From Actinomycetes bacterium (GTDB lineage Bacteria; Actinomycetota; Actinomycetes; JAHEKZ01), in contig JAJAYZ010000091.1 of the NCBI GenBank assembly GCA_027118455.1, positions 416-64,415 of the forward strand: a stretch of DNA of 64,000 nucleotides, given 5' to 3'. Position 1 is the first letter of the stretch. Each line of letters starts with the position of its first letter. Below are positions 8,654 through 18,787 of this stretch, one piece after another. A program made the position numbers and the translations under genes. The notes beneath the pieces were generated by a model. The model was given only the letters and a program-made list of their open reading frames with translations, searched no databases and was not told the origin of the DNA.

Positions 8654-9382
8654 ATGAATAGCACTGAATTTCTTGCGCCAGACGGGAGCCTGGTTAGTCT
8701 GGCGTTACCCAGCGATTACATCGTGGACTCCTGGTCGTCTCGGGCATACGTTGTTGCTCCCTTGGATGGACGGGCGCCTGATGCGGAGCGCATTCGTGAC
8801 TACCACATCACAAGGCTCGGTAACTGTGACTACATACTCAACACGATGTACAAGACATATGTTGCTCAGGAAGTCAAGATGTCGGGTGGAACTCTAACGA
8901 TGCACGTCAATGAGCACCCGAGCGGTCAAGGCTTCGTGGTGTGGAGGGGTCTGGAGCACGAAGTCTCTAGTTACATGCCCCCCGCCCTTGCACGTAATGC
9001 CGAGTTCGTGTTTGGGTACTTCTCCGGCCTTCACTTCGAGGAAGAGGCCGCAGGCGTGTTGATCACTTCGCCTGAAACTGGCGTCGAGGTGGGGTTCCGA
9101 GAGGCAACCACCTACGTCAGGGATGTTGGACTCGTGGACGTGAGGAGTCCCTCCGAGGGCTTGGCTCTGGTGCCGTCATGGCAAGGGGCCCAAGTAAGGG
9201 CGGGCGAGGTTTGGAAGGCCTCGCATGAGGGCGAGGAAGTGGCGCCCGACCAGTTCATCCTGGCTTCTGACACTGCGATCATGATTGTTAGCCCAGAGAT
9301 GGAAAGTGGACTTGAGCCGACGGTCAGGTTCCTGGAGTCCATTGATCGAGTTTCGATTCAGGAGAGCGGGTGGATCAAGTGA
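8654..9382 (+). CDS. Cytoplasmic hypothetical protein (cassette copy 1)
   Basis: 242 aa with no TM helix or signal peptide. It sits in the position equivalent to 36251..36952, with weak local similarity (e.g. GLEHEV / GPYHEVV). Confidence 0.45.
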   Translation: MNSTEFLAPDGSLVSLALPSDYIVDSWSSRAYVVAPLDGRAPDAERIRDYHITRLGNCDYILNTMYKTYVAQEVKMSGGTLTMHVNEHPSGQGFVVWRGLEHEVSSYMPPALARNAEFVFGYFSGLHFEEEAAGVLITSPETGVEVGFREATTYVRDVGLVDVRSPSEGLALVPSWQGAQVRAGEVWKASHEGEEVAPDQFILASDTAIMIVSPEMESGLEPTVRFLESIDRVSIQESGWIK

Positions 9383-10035
9383 GTGCCCTTCAGCTTGCTG
9401 ATATTCCGAGCGCTGGTATACGACCGGCGCGCTATGAGCGAAGTGTTAGCCGCCGTGACCTAGTCAGAAACGGGCTGGGGCGCAGAAGCTTTCTGAGGAT
9501 TAGCTTTGTTCTTGGATCGGCATTCGCGCTCACATCCTTCGAGAGTTTAGTTACACGATCACGCGCGTTTGCGGAGCCGGAAACCTGGAACAACTGCACA
9601 GCCTGGGATCCCTACAAGACGAACGGTTGGTGGGTCGAGTGCAACCCCCTTGCTAATGATTACTACGGCGGGCAAATCGACAGCCAGAACATCGGTAATC
9701 ATCTATGCAACGATAATGGTTACCACCGCCAGGACACCACGTACGGTCCAGGGTCGATTAAGAGGAACCACCATCAACGTCTTTCTTGCGGTACCAAAAA
9801 TGCTTGGGAATGGCGCATTACAGACAGCGAATCCTGGCAGAACAAGAGGAGCCGTCGATGCTCGGATGGGTGGTTCAAGGTCACAAACACCGATACGGGC
9901 AACGAGATCACTCGTTCCAACTCAGTTTGCATGAAGATGTTCCCCGGCTCTGACCCCAATCCGGGCGGGCTTCCCTTTAATCAGTACACACCCGACGGCT
10001 GCAAACCCGGTGCGGATCGGCCCGCGGATTGCTAG
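9370..10035 (+). CDS. Tat-exported secreted 8-Cys protein (cassette copy 1)
   Basis: Twin-arginine leader LGRRSFLRISFVLGSAFA. The mature part has 8 Cys and a motif NAWEW...RCSDGW shared with 37455..38093 (NAWTW...RCSDGK). Confidence 0.55.
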   Translation: MDQVSALQLADIPSAGIRPARYERSVSRRDLVRNGLGRRSFLRISFVLGSAFALTSFESLVTRSRAFAEPETWNNCTAWDPYKTNGWWVECNPLANDYYGGQIDSQNIGNHLCNDNGYHRQDTTYGPGSIKRNHHQRLSCGTKNAWEWRITDSESWQNKRSRRCSDGWFKVTNTDTGNEITRSNSVCMKMFPGSDPNPGGLPFNQYTPDGCKPGADRPADC

Positions 10036-11198
10036 ATGGATTCGCGGCACTGACGAAGTTAGGCGTGGCCTTGTTCGTGATGGCCGTGGTGGTGTCGTGT
10101 ACCGAGGGTGCGCAGACGCCTCAACCTGCGGAGAGTAGCGCGTCGGAGCCTCCACACGGTGAACCTGATGTGTCGTGGGCCGAGACGATAGATGGCCTGA
10201 AGGTTCAGCAACCGAAGGTACGCAAGCGATTGCCTGGCTCGAACTTGCCGATCGAGGTACCCCGCTCAGGCGATGCGCTGCCGGATTTGCTTGACGACTT
10301 GCCCGGCCGCGCGGTTATGACGTCCTATAGCCCGCCGCGATGCGTAGTAGACAGGGGGGAGTCGTCCTACGTCCTGTTCTACGGAGTGGACGGTGAGTGG
10401 CGTCGCTTGATCATTTCGGACCTCGGCATCTCTGCCGTCTCCGAGGAGTACAGCTGCGATGTGCGAGGGTCCGGCGCCCTCTCACCGAATGGGCGGTTGT
10501 GGGCGATGCCGGCGGAATCGTCGTTGGTGGTGCTCAATCTCAAGACCGGCAGAGTGGAGAGTCGCCCGCTCGCAAAGGGCGGCCAGGTGTTCATCTGGAG
10601 CCCATCGGGTCAACAGTTAGCCATTTACGAAGAAGGCATGAAACTAGCCTCGTTGTGGACGTTCCCTCTGCGCAAGTTGACCAACCTGCCCTCTGTGTTC
10701 GAATACGACACGCTACCCGTACTGCTCCAGCAGGGCGGTTACGTAATCGGTCACGAACCTGACCGATTACGTCGCGGCGCAGATGACACGATGCGACTCG
10801 ACTTCTTTTCACTCCGCGGTTACCCGCTTAGGAAGACCTTTGTTCCGATCCCACCTGGCGAAGATTGCAACTTGGCGAGCTCCATCGCGGACAAGGTTGT
10901 ACTCAGCTGTAGATCGAAAAATGAAGAGCGGTTTCAGCTCTACGTTCTGAGCCTGTCCGACTGGCGGGCGATGGCATCTCTAGTTCTGCCGTCGCGGCAA
11001 GGCCTGTATCCGGGTGGTCCGTGGTTGGACAGCAGGGCTTGGCTGCTGGAAACCGGGATTGACGTGACCGTTTGGCGACCGAAGGCACAAGTGGTCGCTT
11101 CCATGGTCGATCTCCCGCCGGAGAGTGTCCCGTATTTCAGCGGCGGGTTCTCTCTTGCAGGGGACCTGGTATTCAGCCGCGCCAAGCGTGGGGGTTGA
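10029..11198 (+). CDS. Lipoprotein with beta-propeller-like (TolB/WD-like) repeats (cassette copy 1)
   Basis: Signal peptide with lipobox LFVMAVVVSC. It has SPNG/SPSG beta-propeller-type repeats and resembles the extracytoplasmic domain of the anti-sigma factor 38848..40092. Confidence 0.5.
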   Translation: MLDGFAALTKLGVALFVMAVVVSCTEGAQTPQPAESSASEPPHGEPDVSWAETIDGLKVQQPKVRKRLPGSNLPIEVPRSGDALPDLLDDLPGRAVMTSYSPPRCVVDRGESSYVLFYGVDGEWRRLIISDLGISAVSEEYSCDVRGSGALSPNGRLWAMPAESSLVVLNLKTGRVESRPLAKGGQVFIWSPSGQQLAIYEEGMKLASLWTFPLRKLTNLPSVFEYDTLPVLLQQGGYVIGHEPDRLRRGADDTMRLDFFSLRGYPLRKTFVPIPPGEDCNLASSIADKVVLSCRSKNEERFQLYVLSLSDWRAMASLVLPSRQGLYPGGPWLDSRAWLLETGIDVTVWRPKAQVVASMVDLPPESVPYFSGGFSLAGDLVFSRAKRGG

Positions 11199-11346
11199 CT
11201 GGTCTTTCGGAGGCCGATTCAAGAACTCAGAATTCGGCAAGAAGTACCATCACGCAGTCGCGACCTGGGACAGCATAGGAGCGGTTTATCCCGTTCCTGG
11301 CGTTCCCCCCCACGAACATGGCGTTGGCAAGTTCCACCCGGGTCTT

Positions 11347-11529
11347 TCATTTCTTGCGGTTCAGCAACTCAATCTGCATCAAGGACCAGAACGATTCCAT
11401 CATCGCGTTGTCGAGCCCGTCTCCCACTGTCCCGAACGATGGCATCAGCCCGGAAGACTTCAGCCGCTGGGTGAGGTCAAGTCCGCGGATGTGGTGGATG
11501 AAGGTTGCCACGTGATCCGGTTGTTGCAC
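11347..11529 (-). pseudogene. IS3-family transposase OrfB C-terminal fragment
   Basis: 60 aa ...GTVGDGLDNAMMESFWSLMQIELL matches the end of the rve (DDE) domain of IS3 OrfB (GxxGDxxDNAxxESFF). No upstream part is present. Confidence 0.5.
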
Positions 11530-11530
11530 T

Positions 11531-12230
11531 TTAGGCGGTGAGTGCGGGGGGTGTCAGTACCTCCGTCTCGGGCTCGGTGGTGATGAGGGCAAGTCGGGAT
11601 TTGGCGAGGACTTCGAGGCCGAGGTAGCGGCGGCCTTCGATCCATTCGTCATGTTGTTCGGCGAGGACGGCTCCGACGAGTCGGATGACGGCGCCGCGGT
11701 TGGGGAAAATGCCGACGCTGTCGGTGCGGCGACGGATCTCGCCGTTCGGTCGTTCGGAGGGGTTGTTGGACCAGATCTGGCGCCAGATCTCTTTGGGGAA
11801 TGCGGTGAACGCGAGGATGCCGGCCCGCGCTTCGGCGAGGTAGTCCGCGACGACTGGAAGCTTCTCGCTCAGGGTGTCCACGACACGGTCGAACTGGGCG
11901 TGTACTGCGTCGGGGTCGGGTTGGTCGTAGATCGAGTGCAGCATGGCCTTGACCCACCCCCACTGCGCCTTGGGGGTGATCGACATCAGGTTGGCCGCGA
12001 CGTGGGTGCGGCAGCGTTGCCAGCCGGCGCCGGGCAAGGTGGCGCTGATCGCGGCGACCAAGCCCGGGTGAGCGTCGGAGGTGACGAGCTTGACCCCGGA
12101 CAGGCCGCGTGCGGTCAGGTCCCGGAAGAACGTCAGCCAGCCAGCGCCGTAGCGCCATGTCTTGATCGCCTAGAGCTGCTCAGGCGAACCGAGCACCTTC
12201 ACTGGTTGATCATTCAACATCCGCGCAGCT
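11531..12230 (-). pseudogene. IS256-family (mutator-type) transposase, C-terminal half, interrupted
   Basis: ISATLPGAGWQRCRTHVAANLMS...FPKEIWRQIWSNNPSERPNGEIRRRTDSVGIFPN is the conserved C-terminal region of IS256 transposases. The N-terminal half is absent and a stop lies at about 12170. Confidence 0.6.
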
Positions 12231-12586
12231 CCTCCTAACGCGACGGCTCCCATGCCGAGTGCGGAGTGATCGCGCATTCGACCGACTCGCTCGGTGGCAA
12301 GGTAGCGAGGAGGTGGGGTTCACCACCATGATCAAGAAGACTCAGTAAGGCTTACCCGCCAAGGAGGTCTGTCATGGGTCAGACGGTACTAGCGACTACT
12401 CCGTCGTCACGGATCTTCGGCCGGCTTCAGGGTCCTGGGCGTCGTCATGCTGGTAGGCAAGCCCGCTTCGGCAGCGCTCCCTTATGTCCGGCGTTACACT
12501 ATCGAGACAAAGTGACTGTCCCGCTTGGTGGTGCAGGTGTTACGAGAATTGGATCCCCGATGATGGGGGGAGGAAGACTCGCGACG

Positions 12587-12690
12587 ATGACGAAACGACG
12601 TAGGCATACACCTGAGCAGGTGATCCGTAAGCTCCGCGAGGGTGAGCGGCCGCTCGGCGAGAGAGCGCACAAGCGTCAAGGCTGCGAAGG
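12587..12690 (+). pseudogene. IS3-family OrfA N-terminal fragment
   Basis: MTKRRRHTPEQVIRKLREGERPLGE is the hallmark IS3/IS911 OrfA start. The sequence degenerates afterwards. Confidence 0.45.
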
Positions 12691-12924
12691 GGTTGTTCGC
12701 CTCCATATGCCAGTCAATACCTCGGCAATCTTCCGCTGTGCTCGAGCCAAGAACCCCATGCCCCGTCGGGCGCCCTCTGTCGAAACGGCCACGCATTTGC
12801 CGGGCCGCTTATAGACGCCGCTCGCCTCGTTAGGCGGCACGGAGAAAGGTTCCGCTTCACGAGAGCTTGAGTGCCACAGGCGTTCTGGGTTTGGATTCCA
12901 GGGACGAGGGCTGCCGGTGGTCTG

Positions 12925-13482
12925 TCACCCTGAGCGTCGACGTACCTGCTTCGTGACCCCTGTGGTGTTTACGCGAAACCGAGCCATCTCGGATGTAACA
13001 CCGAACTCGATTGCTATGTCCTCCTCCGTGTCACCCTTTGCTACTGCCGCCAACAACGCCGGGCGTGGCAGGAGAAGGGTTCCGCCATACGCAGTGGCCT
13101 GTTCCTCCTCATCTGGTTTGCAAGTTCGGAAGGCAGTTCCATTTACTTCTCGAATCTCTGTCAGGTCATGTTTAAGGAGGTGGTGGGAGATTTCGTGTGC
13201 GACATCGCTTGCAATGCGCCCAGGTGTTCGCAGCGGGTTGCTGACGATAATGACGCTGCCGCGAATCTCGAAGGTCGCGGCCGAGAACGCGAATGCCTGC
13301 AGTCGCTCAAGTTCTTCGATCCGACCTCGGTCGACGAGTTGTTCCGCACTAACGAGCTTGATGCCGACGTGTGTCGCTAGTTCCCTCACATCGAGTCGGC
13401 TCGTACGGGCAAGACCCATTTCGCTTCGCACTCGCGCGGCGGAGCGTTCGGCTTCAGCCTTGAATCCTCGGGGAAGTGTCAC
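12925..13482 (-). CDS. ImmA/IrrE-family Zn-metallopeptidase (DUF955)
   Basis: HExxH motif in DVAHEISHHLLKH. It lies immediately downstream of and 4-bp overlapping an XRE HTH gene. Confidence 0.7.
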   Translation of the reverse strand: MTLPRGFKAEAERSAARVRSEMGLARTSRLDVRELATHVGIKLVSAEQLVDRGRIEELERLQAFAFSAATFEIRGSVIIVSNPLRTPGRIASDVAHEISHHLLKHDLTEIREVNGTAFRTCKPDEEEQATAYGGTLLLPRPALLAAVAKGDTEEDIAIEFGVTSEMARFRVNTTGVTKQVRRRSG

Positions 13483-14009
13483 AATGAACCGGCCGACACC
13501 TGGTGATCGAGTTCTATGTGCATGTCTTCGAGCAAACTCGCCAGACGCGACGGCACCCCGGGTCGCATCACCGAGGCGGCCCTCAGATGGCAGGCAATGA
13601 CCGGTCTGTCGGGTTGTGGCTCCAGAGCGAGGGCCTCATACATGTCGCGCAAGAACGAACTGAGTTTGTCGGCGGCCGCCGACGTCAACCGAGGATCAGT
13701 CTGCAGGTGGGCGACCGCTTCATCTAGCGGGGTCGGTTGCCTAGCCGAAACTTGTAGAAAGAACTGTCCAGCCTCTACCCCCAGCCAAGCACAGAGCGCG
13801 GTGAATGTGGAAAGGTCGGGCTGGCCACCCCCCTCAACCCTGGACAGGGTGCTGAAACTGACGCCAGCCTCGGCGGCGGCTTGTCGTATCGAAAGCTTGC
13901 CCCGGCGTTCACGAACTAACTGCCCAAGATTCGACACGTCGAAGCGCTCAGCCTCTGATCGTTGTTCTCCTCCGGCGGCTCTGCTGCCTGTGCCCCTGGT
14001 ATCAGCCAT
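13479..14009 (-). CDS. XRE-family helix-turn-helix transcriptional regulator
   Basis: HTH_XRE segment LGQLVRERRGKLSIRQAAAEAGVSFSTLSRVEGG. Forms an operonic pair with the ImmA-like peptidase. Confidence 0.7.
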   Translation of the reverse strand: MADTRGTGSRAAGGEQRSEAERFDVSNLGQLVRERRGKLSIRQAAAEAGVSFSTLSRVEGGGQPDLSTFTALCAWLGVEAGQFFLQVSARQPTPLDEAVAHLQTDPRLTSAAADKLSSFLRDMYEALALEPQPDRPVIACHLRAASVMRPGVPSRLASLLEDMHIELDHQVSAGSL

Positions 14010-14128
14010 GGGACCATTTTACTCATCGTGCATTGCATCTTGTGTGCAACACCACCGGTATGCCACACTGATCTTGCACTGCAGCTTTGCTGCAACAGCC
14101 TGATCGATGCCGTCACGAAAGGGAGATC

Positions 14129-15487
14129 ATGACCGATCCAACGAGTCCATCGCCGGAGCCCATCGATACTACCGCCGACCAAGGTTGGCCCCAGGCTGGC
14201 ATCATTTCCCGCCCACCAGAGCACATGCTTATCGGGGCCTTCAACTTCACGGACGGCATTGACCCGGCGACAGCTCTGACCTTAGTCAGTCAACTGCGGG
14301 AACTTTTTCGTCGTGAGCTGCGCAGCGATATCGACGAACTAACACCCGCTGACGAAGTGTCGCTGCCGACCAAAGACACTGGAACACTTGGTGTTGCTGA
14401 TGGGTTCGATCGCGGGCACCTCAGCATCACCATCGGATTTTCACGTCCGGGACTCCGACTTCTTGGCGTATCTGATGACGACCAACCGCAGGACCTGATT
14501 GATGAACCTCCTTGGTCTGTCATGGGTGATACCACCGACCCCTGGGACCGCAGCCCCGGTCACATGGTGGTTCAGTTGTGTAGCGACGATGTCTACGTTG
14601 TTGAGCACACACTGCGTCGGATCGAACATGTCTTTACGGGGCGACTCGTCACCAAGTGGACGGTTGTCGGAGCTCAGCGTTACACCAGCCGTCAGGGCAG
14701 AGTTGCGGGCCGCGAGGCGCGAGCGCTCATCGGCTTTCACGACGGTCTGAGCAACCTTGACCCAGCTCACAACGACGCAGACAAGCAACTTGTCTTTGTA
14801 AATCCCGATCTCGTGTCCACCTACCCGCGGACGCCGGTCGGGCAACAGGGGCCGCCCCAAGTCGGTCAGCCGGCCTACAGTTCAGGCAACGGGGGACCGC
14901 GCTTTCCCGATGACCTTCGTCAACCGCCGACCCGAGAGCCGGATTGGACGCGAGGCGGCACCTACATGTTCATTCGTGCCAGCATCATGGAGATGGCTGG
15001 GTGGGACGAAGCGAACTTGGACACACAGCAGAAGGATGTCGGGCGTTTCAAGTACTCAGGGGCACCGCTCGATCGTCCGAACGACCCGGCGAACCTTCAT
15101 GATGAACCTGATTTCGCAAGCAACCCGGCGAATACCACCGTTCCGTTCAATTCGCACGTGAGAAAGTCGAATCCTCGGTCATCTGCAGAAGACAGCCAGC
15201 GTCGTATCTTCCGGCGTGGCTACCCACTCGTGGCCGGCAGCGTGGAGGGAAGCTTGCGGCGGGGCTTATTGTTCGTTTCTTTCTCGCGCACGCTCAGCGT
15301 GCAGCCGGAATTCATCTTCCGCGGATGGTTGCGGAACAAGGATTTCCCCACAGCAGATGCGGGAGTCGACACGCTCCTGGCCCGCGATACCCGGGTCGTT
15401 GGAGGGGGCTACTACTTTGTTCCACCACTTGAGGAATTCAGGGATGCCGGGAGCTTCCGCCTACCGCCGATCGGGAGTCCGGCATGA
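14129..15487 (+). CDS. Dyp-type (dye-decolorizing) haem peroxidase
   Basis: Conserved IGFHDGLSNL (GxxDG) motif and the proximal-His region SHVRKSNPR. An RBS gaaagggag lies upstream of the ATG at 14129. Confidence 0.8.
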   Translation: MTDPTSPSPEPIDTTADQGWPQAGIISRPPEHMLIGAFNFTDGIDPATALTLVSQLRELFRRELRSDIDELTPADEVSLPTKDTGTLGVADGFDRGHLSITIGFSRPGLRLLGVSDDDQPQDLIDEPPWSVMGDTTDPWDRSPGHMVVQLCSDDVYVVEHTLRRIEHVFTGRLVTKWTVVGAQRYTSRQGRVAGREARALIGFHDGLSNLDPAHNDADKQLVFVNPDLVSTYPRTPVGQQGPPQVGQPAYSSGNGGPRFPDDLRQPPTREPDWTRGGTYMFIRASIMEMAGWDEANLDTQQKDVGRFKYSGAPLDRPNDPANLHDEPDFASNPANTTVPFNSHVRKSNPRSSAEDSQRRIFRRGYPLVAGSVEGSLRRGLLFVSFSRTLSVQPEFIFRGWLRNKDFPTADAGVDTLLARDTRVVGGGYYFVPPLEEFRDAGSFRLPPIGSPA

Positions 15488-15776
15488 GCATCCATGAACG
15501 CAGGTAACAAAGGTTCTGTGGATGGCCAAGGACAGACACTCGATACGCCGTCAGTTCGGTAGCTCGGATGGTTCAGTTCAAAACGTCGAACCTCGGAAGT
15601 GCAATTGGAACTCAAGGTGACTGTCTCGACCGCATGGGACGCGACAACCAACTGGGAAAGCTAGTCATTATTGGCCTCGACGCCTGCAGACTTCCATGAT
15701 CCACTTGCTTCACCGATTGGTCACGTCCGGCAATGCAGCCGTGGACGTTTGACGTCGATTCGGAAAGGCGGGCCAC

Positions 15777-16220
15777 GTGCTAACCGACAACATCTCTCAG
15801 ACGACAGAAGACCTATTGGCTCAGGCATTTCCGGTGGTCTTAGACTTTTCACCACCCGTCGCCCCACCGGAAGTGGCGGGTGCTGGAGGGCGCACGGAAG
15901 CACCGTCGATCGCTGACGATGGATTGGTGGTCGCCACGCCCTCGTCGTTATGCGGTCAGATCGCGCTCTTTGCGCGAACCCAGTACGCCATGTACGTCGG
16001 CTTCCAAGTCCTGGTTTTATTGCTCGCTGCCGCGACTGCATGTGCGCTCGTCTACTTCATCTACAGAGCGACGAACGATGTGGATGTTCTAGCTTCGGTC
16101 GTCGTTCTTGGGGGAATCTGCAGTGGTGTGGCTGCGGGAGTCCTGCAAAAACTGGCCAGTGACGCCAGGACTAGATACAACGAGGCGATGGCAACGTGGG
16201 CGGGGTCTAGTTGCAGCTGA
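15777..16220 (+). CDS. Hypothetical small membrane protein
   Basis: 147 aa with two predicted TM helices. No recognisable domain. Confidence 0.3.
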   Translation: MLTDNISQTTEDLLAQAFPVVLDFSPPVAPPEVAGAGGRTEAPSIADDGLVVATPSSLCGQIALFARTQYAMYVGFQVLVLLLAAATACALVYFIYRATNDVDVLASVVVLGGICSGVAAGVLQKLASDARTRYNEAMATWAGSSCS

Positions 16221-16537
16221 TCACGCGTCAGGTGCGCGCTCGTTACGTCGGTCTAGGCATCCGCTTGACGTACGTGGCCTTGGTCGGTGGTGTAGTAGCC
16301 ACTGTCGAGGGTTGGCCGCTTCGTCGACTCCGGGAAAAGCGAGGTCGGGTACAGACAGTGCTCGGAATATCGCAGCTGCCGCGCGGCAGGTAGTCGACGT
16401 TCACCAGATCGCGAAGGTCTTCCACGCCCTCTGAAGTGATCGGTAGGGCCTTTCGGGGAACGCGAGGTCCGACGACGTCGTGTGCGCCGAAACCGGGTTA
16501 CGGTGGCCGGCATTATCTGAAGACTCCGCAGTTCAGC

Positions 16538-16843
16538 TCAGGCAGCCGGATCGGGATGCTGGCGTCGCTGCCGGTTGACGTAGTCGGTGAGGGCGTCAGC
16601 GGGGATGCGTCGTAGCCGTCCGACGTGGATGGAATCCACCTCACCGGAGGCAATGAGCTCGTAGAGCAGGCTTCGGCTGATCTCGAGGCGGTGGGCGGCC
16701 TCAACGACGGTGAGCAGCAAGCGTTCGTCCGCCTGAACCGTCACGTTCACGACCGGTGAGCCGGTGACGCCCGATTGGCGTCGATCCGTCGTCGTCGCGG
16801 TGATGAGCTTTAGCGTTGGGACGGTGGTCCGCGCTCGTGCCAT
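16538..16843 (-). CDS. Excisionase-family HTH DNA-binding protein
   Basis: LLTVVEAAHRLEISRSLLYELIASGEVDSIHVGRLRRIPADAL is a classic excisionase/MerR-type HTH. The internal Met start was chosen. Confidence 0.6.
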   Translation of the reverse strand: MARARTTVPTLKLITATTTDRRQSGVTGSPVVNVTVQADERLLLTVVEAAHRLEISRSLLYELIASGEVDSIHVGRLRRIPADALTDYVNRQRRQHPDPAA

Positions 16844-17113
16844 GGGGCCTCCTTGGTGGGAGGAGCCACCGTTCCGCGGCCCGGTTGCGACGCGGCTGGC
16901 GTCACGGATGTCGCGGCGGAAATTTCGGCGAAGACCGGGTGAGCCAAGTTGCAGGGGGCTTGCCTTGGGGCTGGCGCGAGGCTTCCGCGGGCGCAAGCCT
17001 GGACAGTGCGGTCGGTGAAGTCGCAGGTCACAGCGCTGCCGGTTCCGCGCCAGCCACGTGACAACCCCCCTTGCGCAAAGTTCCGGTGTCCATCACCCAC
17101 CGGGAGGTCCTAC

Positions 17114-18037
17114 ATGTCCGCAACCGTCACCGTTGCCCAGATCAGCGACAGCGTCGACTCCGGCGCCGAACTCAGCTCATCCATCTCTCGTGACCGGGAA
17201 GGTCTGCTCTCGGTCCTGGCTGAAGTCGACCGGGAAGGCTGGGACAGCCGGACAGCAGAGAAGCTGCTCACCTACGTCCGAGCCACGGTCGTTCGGCCGA
17301 ATGTCGCGGCGACGGGTCTGGTCGGACCGGCTGCCGAGCAGGCCGAGGCCACCGCGTGGGAGGCAAGTTGGGAGGTGTTGGCTTCACCGTCGCTCCGGTC
17401 GGCGAGATCGCCGTGGGGCGTGCTGTGGGCGACTGCGCGGCGCGCTGCCCTGGGCGAGGTCGTCGCAGGTACCTACTGCATGGATGTCCGAAGCGGGTGG
17501 CGGCTGGCGCGTCCTGGCACGGACGCCCACGTCGGCCGACTTGGGCTGGCCAGAGATGTCGGGGCCGGTCGGTACGACCCGCCGGTGAGCCTGGATGCCA
17601 TGGATGGGCGCGGCGCTGAACGCACTTCAGACTCCGAGCCCAGCCGACACTCATCGGGCTCGGTCCTGTCCGACGTCGTCCACGCGCTCGTCGACGCGGG
17701 TTGGTCGGGACATGCGGCAAAGGTCATTGTTGAAGCAGTCGCAGCTGGAGCAACCAGAAAGAGCTGCACCGTTTCCGGAGTCCGTGGATGGCGACGCTTA
17801 GCGCAAGCCCTCGACATGCCGCCCTGGCAGGTGCGACGGGTGATGGTGGTCATGCTTGGCGCTCCGGGCTGGCCGGGGCTCGTCGAACGCCTCGTCACCG
17901 ACGGCAGGGCGATTCTGGACGAAAGCGACATGCGTGCTGCCCTCCGGTCGACCCTCGTCGCGTCGTCACCCAGCCCGGCTACTGCGGCGCGGCACGCGCA
18001 GTCCTCGAAGTCGCCGGCACGTGAGTACGCAGCGTGA
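17114..18037 (+). CDS. Hypothetical protein (about 307 aa), Ala/Arg-rich, no recognised domain
   Basis: ORF with good high-GC3 bias. The internal ATG at 17114 follows a ggaggtcc RBS. Confidence 0.4.
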   Translation: MSATVTVAQISDSVDSGAELSSSISRDREGLLSVLAEVDREGWDSRTAEKLLTYVRATVVRPNVAATGLVGPAAEQAEATAWEASWEVLASPSLRSARSPWGVLWATARRAALGEVVAGTYCMDVRSGWRLARPGTDAHVGRLGLARDVGAGRYDPPVSLDAMDGRGAERTSDSEPSRHSSGSVLSDVVHALVDAGWSGHAAKVIVEAVAAGATRKSCTVSGVRGWRRLAQALDMPPWQVRRVMVVMLGAPGWPGLVERLVTDGRAILDESDMRAALRSTLVASSPSPATAARHAQSSKSPAREYAA

Positions 18038-18199
18038 TCGTCGATGCGTCTTATCCCACTGGTGTCGTGTCCGTCCGATATCCACATGCGTGCGACGAGG
18101 GGGTGTCGCGGCATCGTCATCCGGTGTAGAACGGTTTCCGAGACGGAGCCAAGCCCCGCCAACAGGTGGGTGTTGCACGTCTTCGAGGCGGTGATCTCC

Positions 18200-18787
18200 A
18201 TGGGAGGTGCGCACCGCAGGTCCCTCGGACCGGCGGTAGCAATGGCTCTCGCCGTAATGACGGCGAGCGCATGCAGCGGCGCCCCGACTCCCGAGACTGC
18301 ACCTTCTCCTGATGATTCGACGAGCCCGGCTGCAACGAGTTCACCGGCCGGCTCGGCCTCACCGAACCCGACGCAGAAGGCAACGGACACCGTGCTTGCG
18401 AACTACGACAAGTTCTGGGCGGCGCAAGTCAACTCGCAGGCCGCCCCGCAAGAGCGGCCGGACCCGGGCCTCGCTCGACACTCGGTTGACAAGGCGCTGG
18501 CCGACGCGCAAGCCACGATCTTCCTGTTCCGCAAGAACGGAATTGAGATGCGTGGGCACCCGACGCATGACGTCGAGGTGACCTCCCTGACGCTGTCGGA
18601 TCCACCCACGGCGTCTATCACCGACTGCGTGGATTCGACGAAGTGGCGACCGGTTTACGCCGCAACTGGCAAGTCAGCTCGCGCTCCCGGTCAGTCACGG
18701 CGGGTGATCGTAGAGTCCACGGCCACGATTTACGACGGCCGCTGGGTCATCAACACCTCGATTGCACATCGGGACCGGTCATGCTGA
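18200..18787 (+). CDS. Secreted lipoprotein
   Basis: Signal peptide with lipobox ...AVMTASACSG. A Pro/Ser-rich linker is followed by a globular domain. The stop overlaps the next gene's start (ATGCTGA). Confidence 0.55.
   Translation: MGGAHRRSLGPAVAMALAVMTASACSGAPTPETAPSPDDSTSPAATSSPAGSASPNPTQKATDTVLANYDKFWAAQVNSQAAPQERPDPGLARHSVDKALADAQATIFLFRKNGIEMRGHPTHDVEVTSLTLSDPPTASITDCVDSTKWRPVYAATGKSARAPGQSRRVIVESTATIYDGRWVINTSIAHRDRSC

Noticed and set aside
9370-10035. Considered whether the Tat-exported 8-Cys proteins are methylamine dehydrogenase light chains (MauA), given the neighbouring MauE/MauD-like genes.
   Set aside because: The Cys count, spacing and length do not match MauA (12 Cys, TTQ-forming Trp context). 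No MADH large subunit (mauB) gene is present in either cassette.
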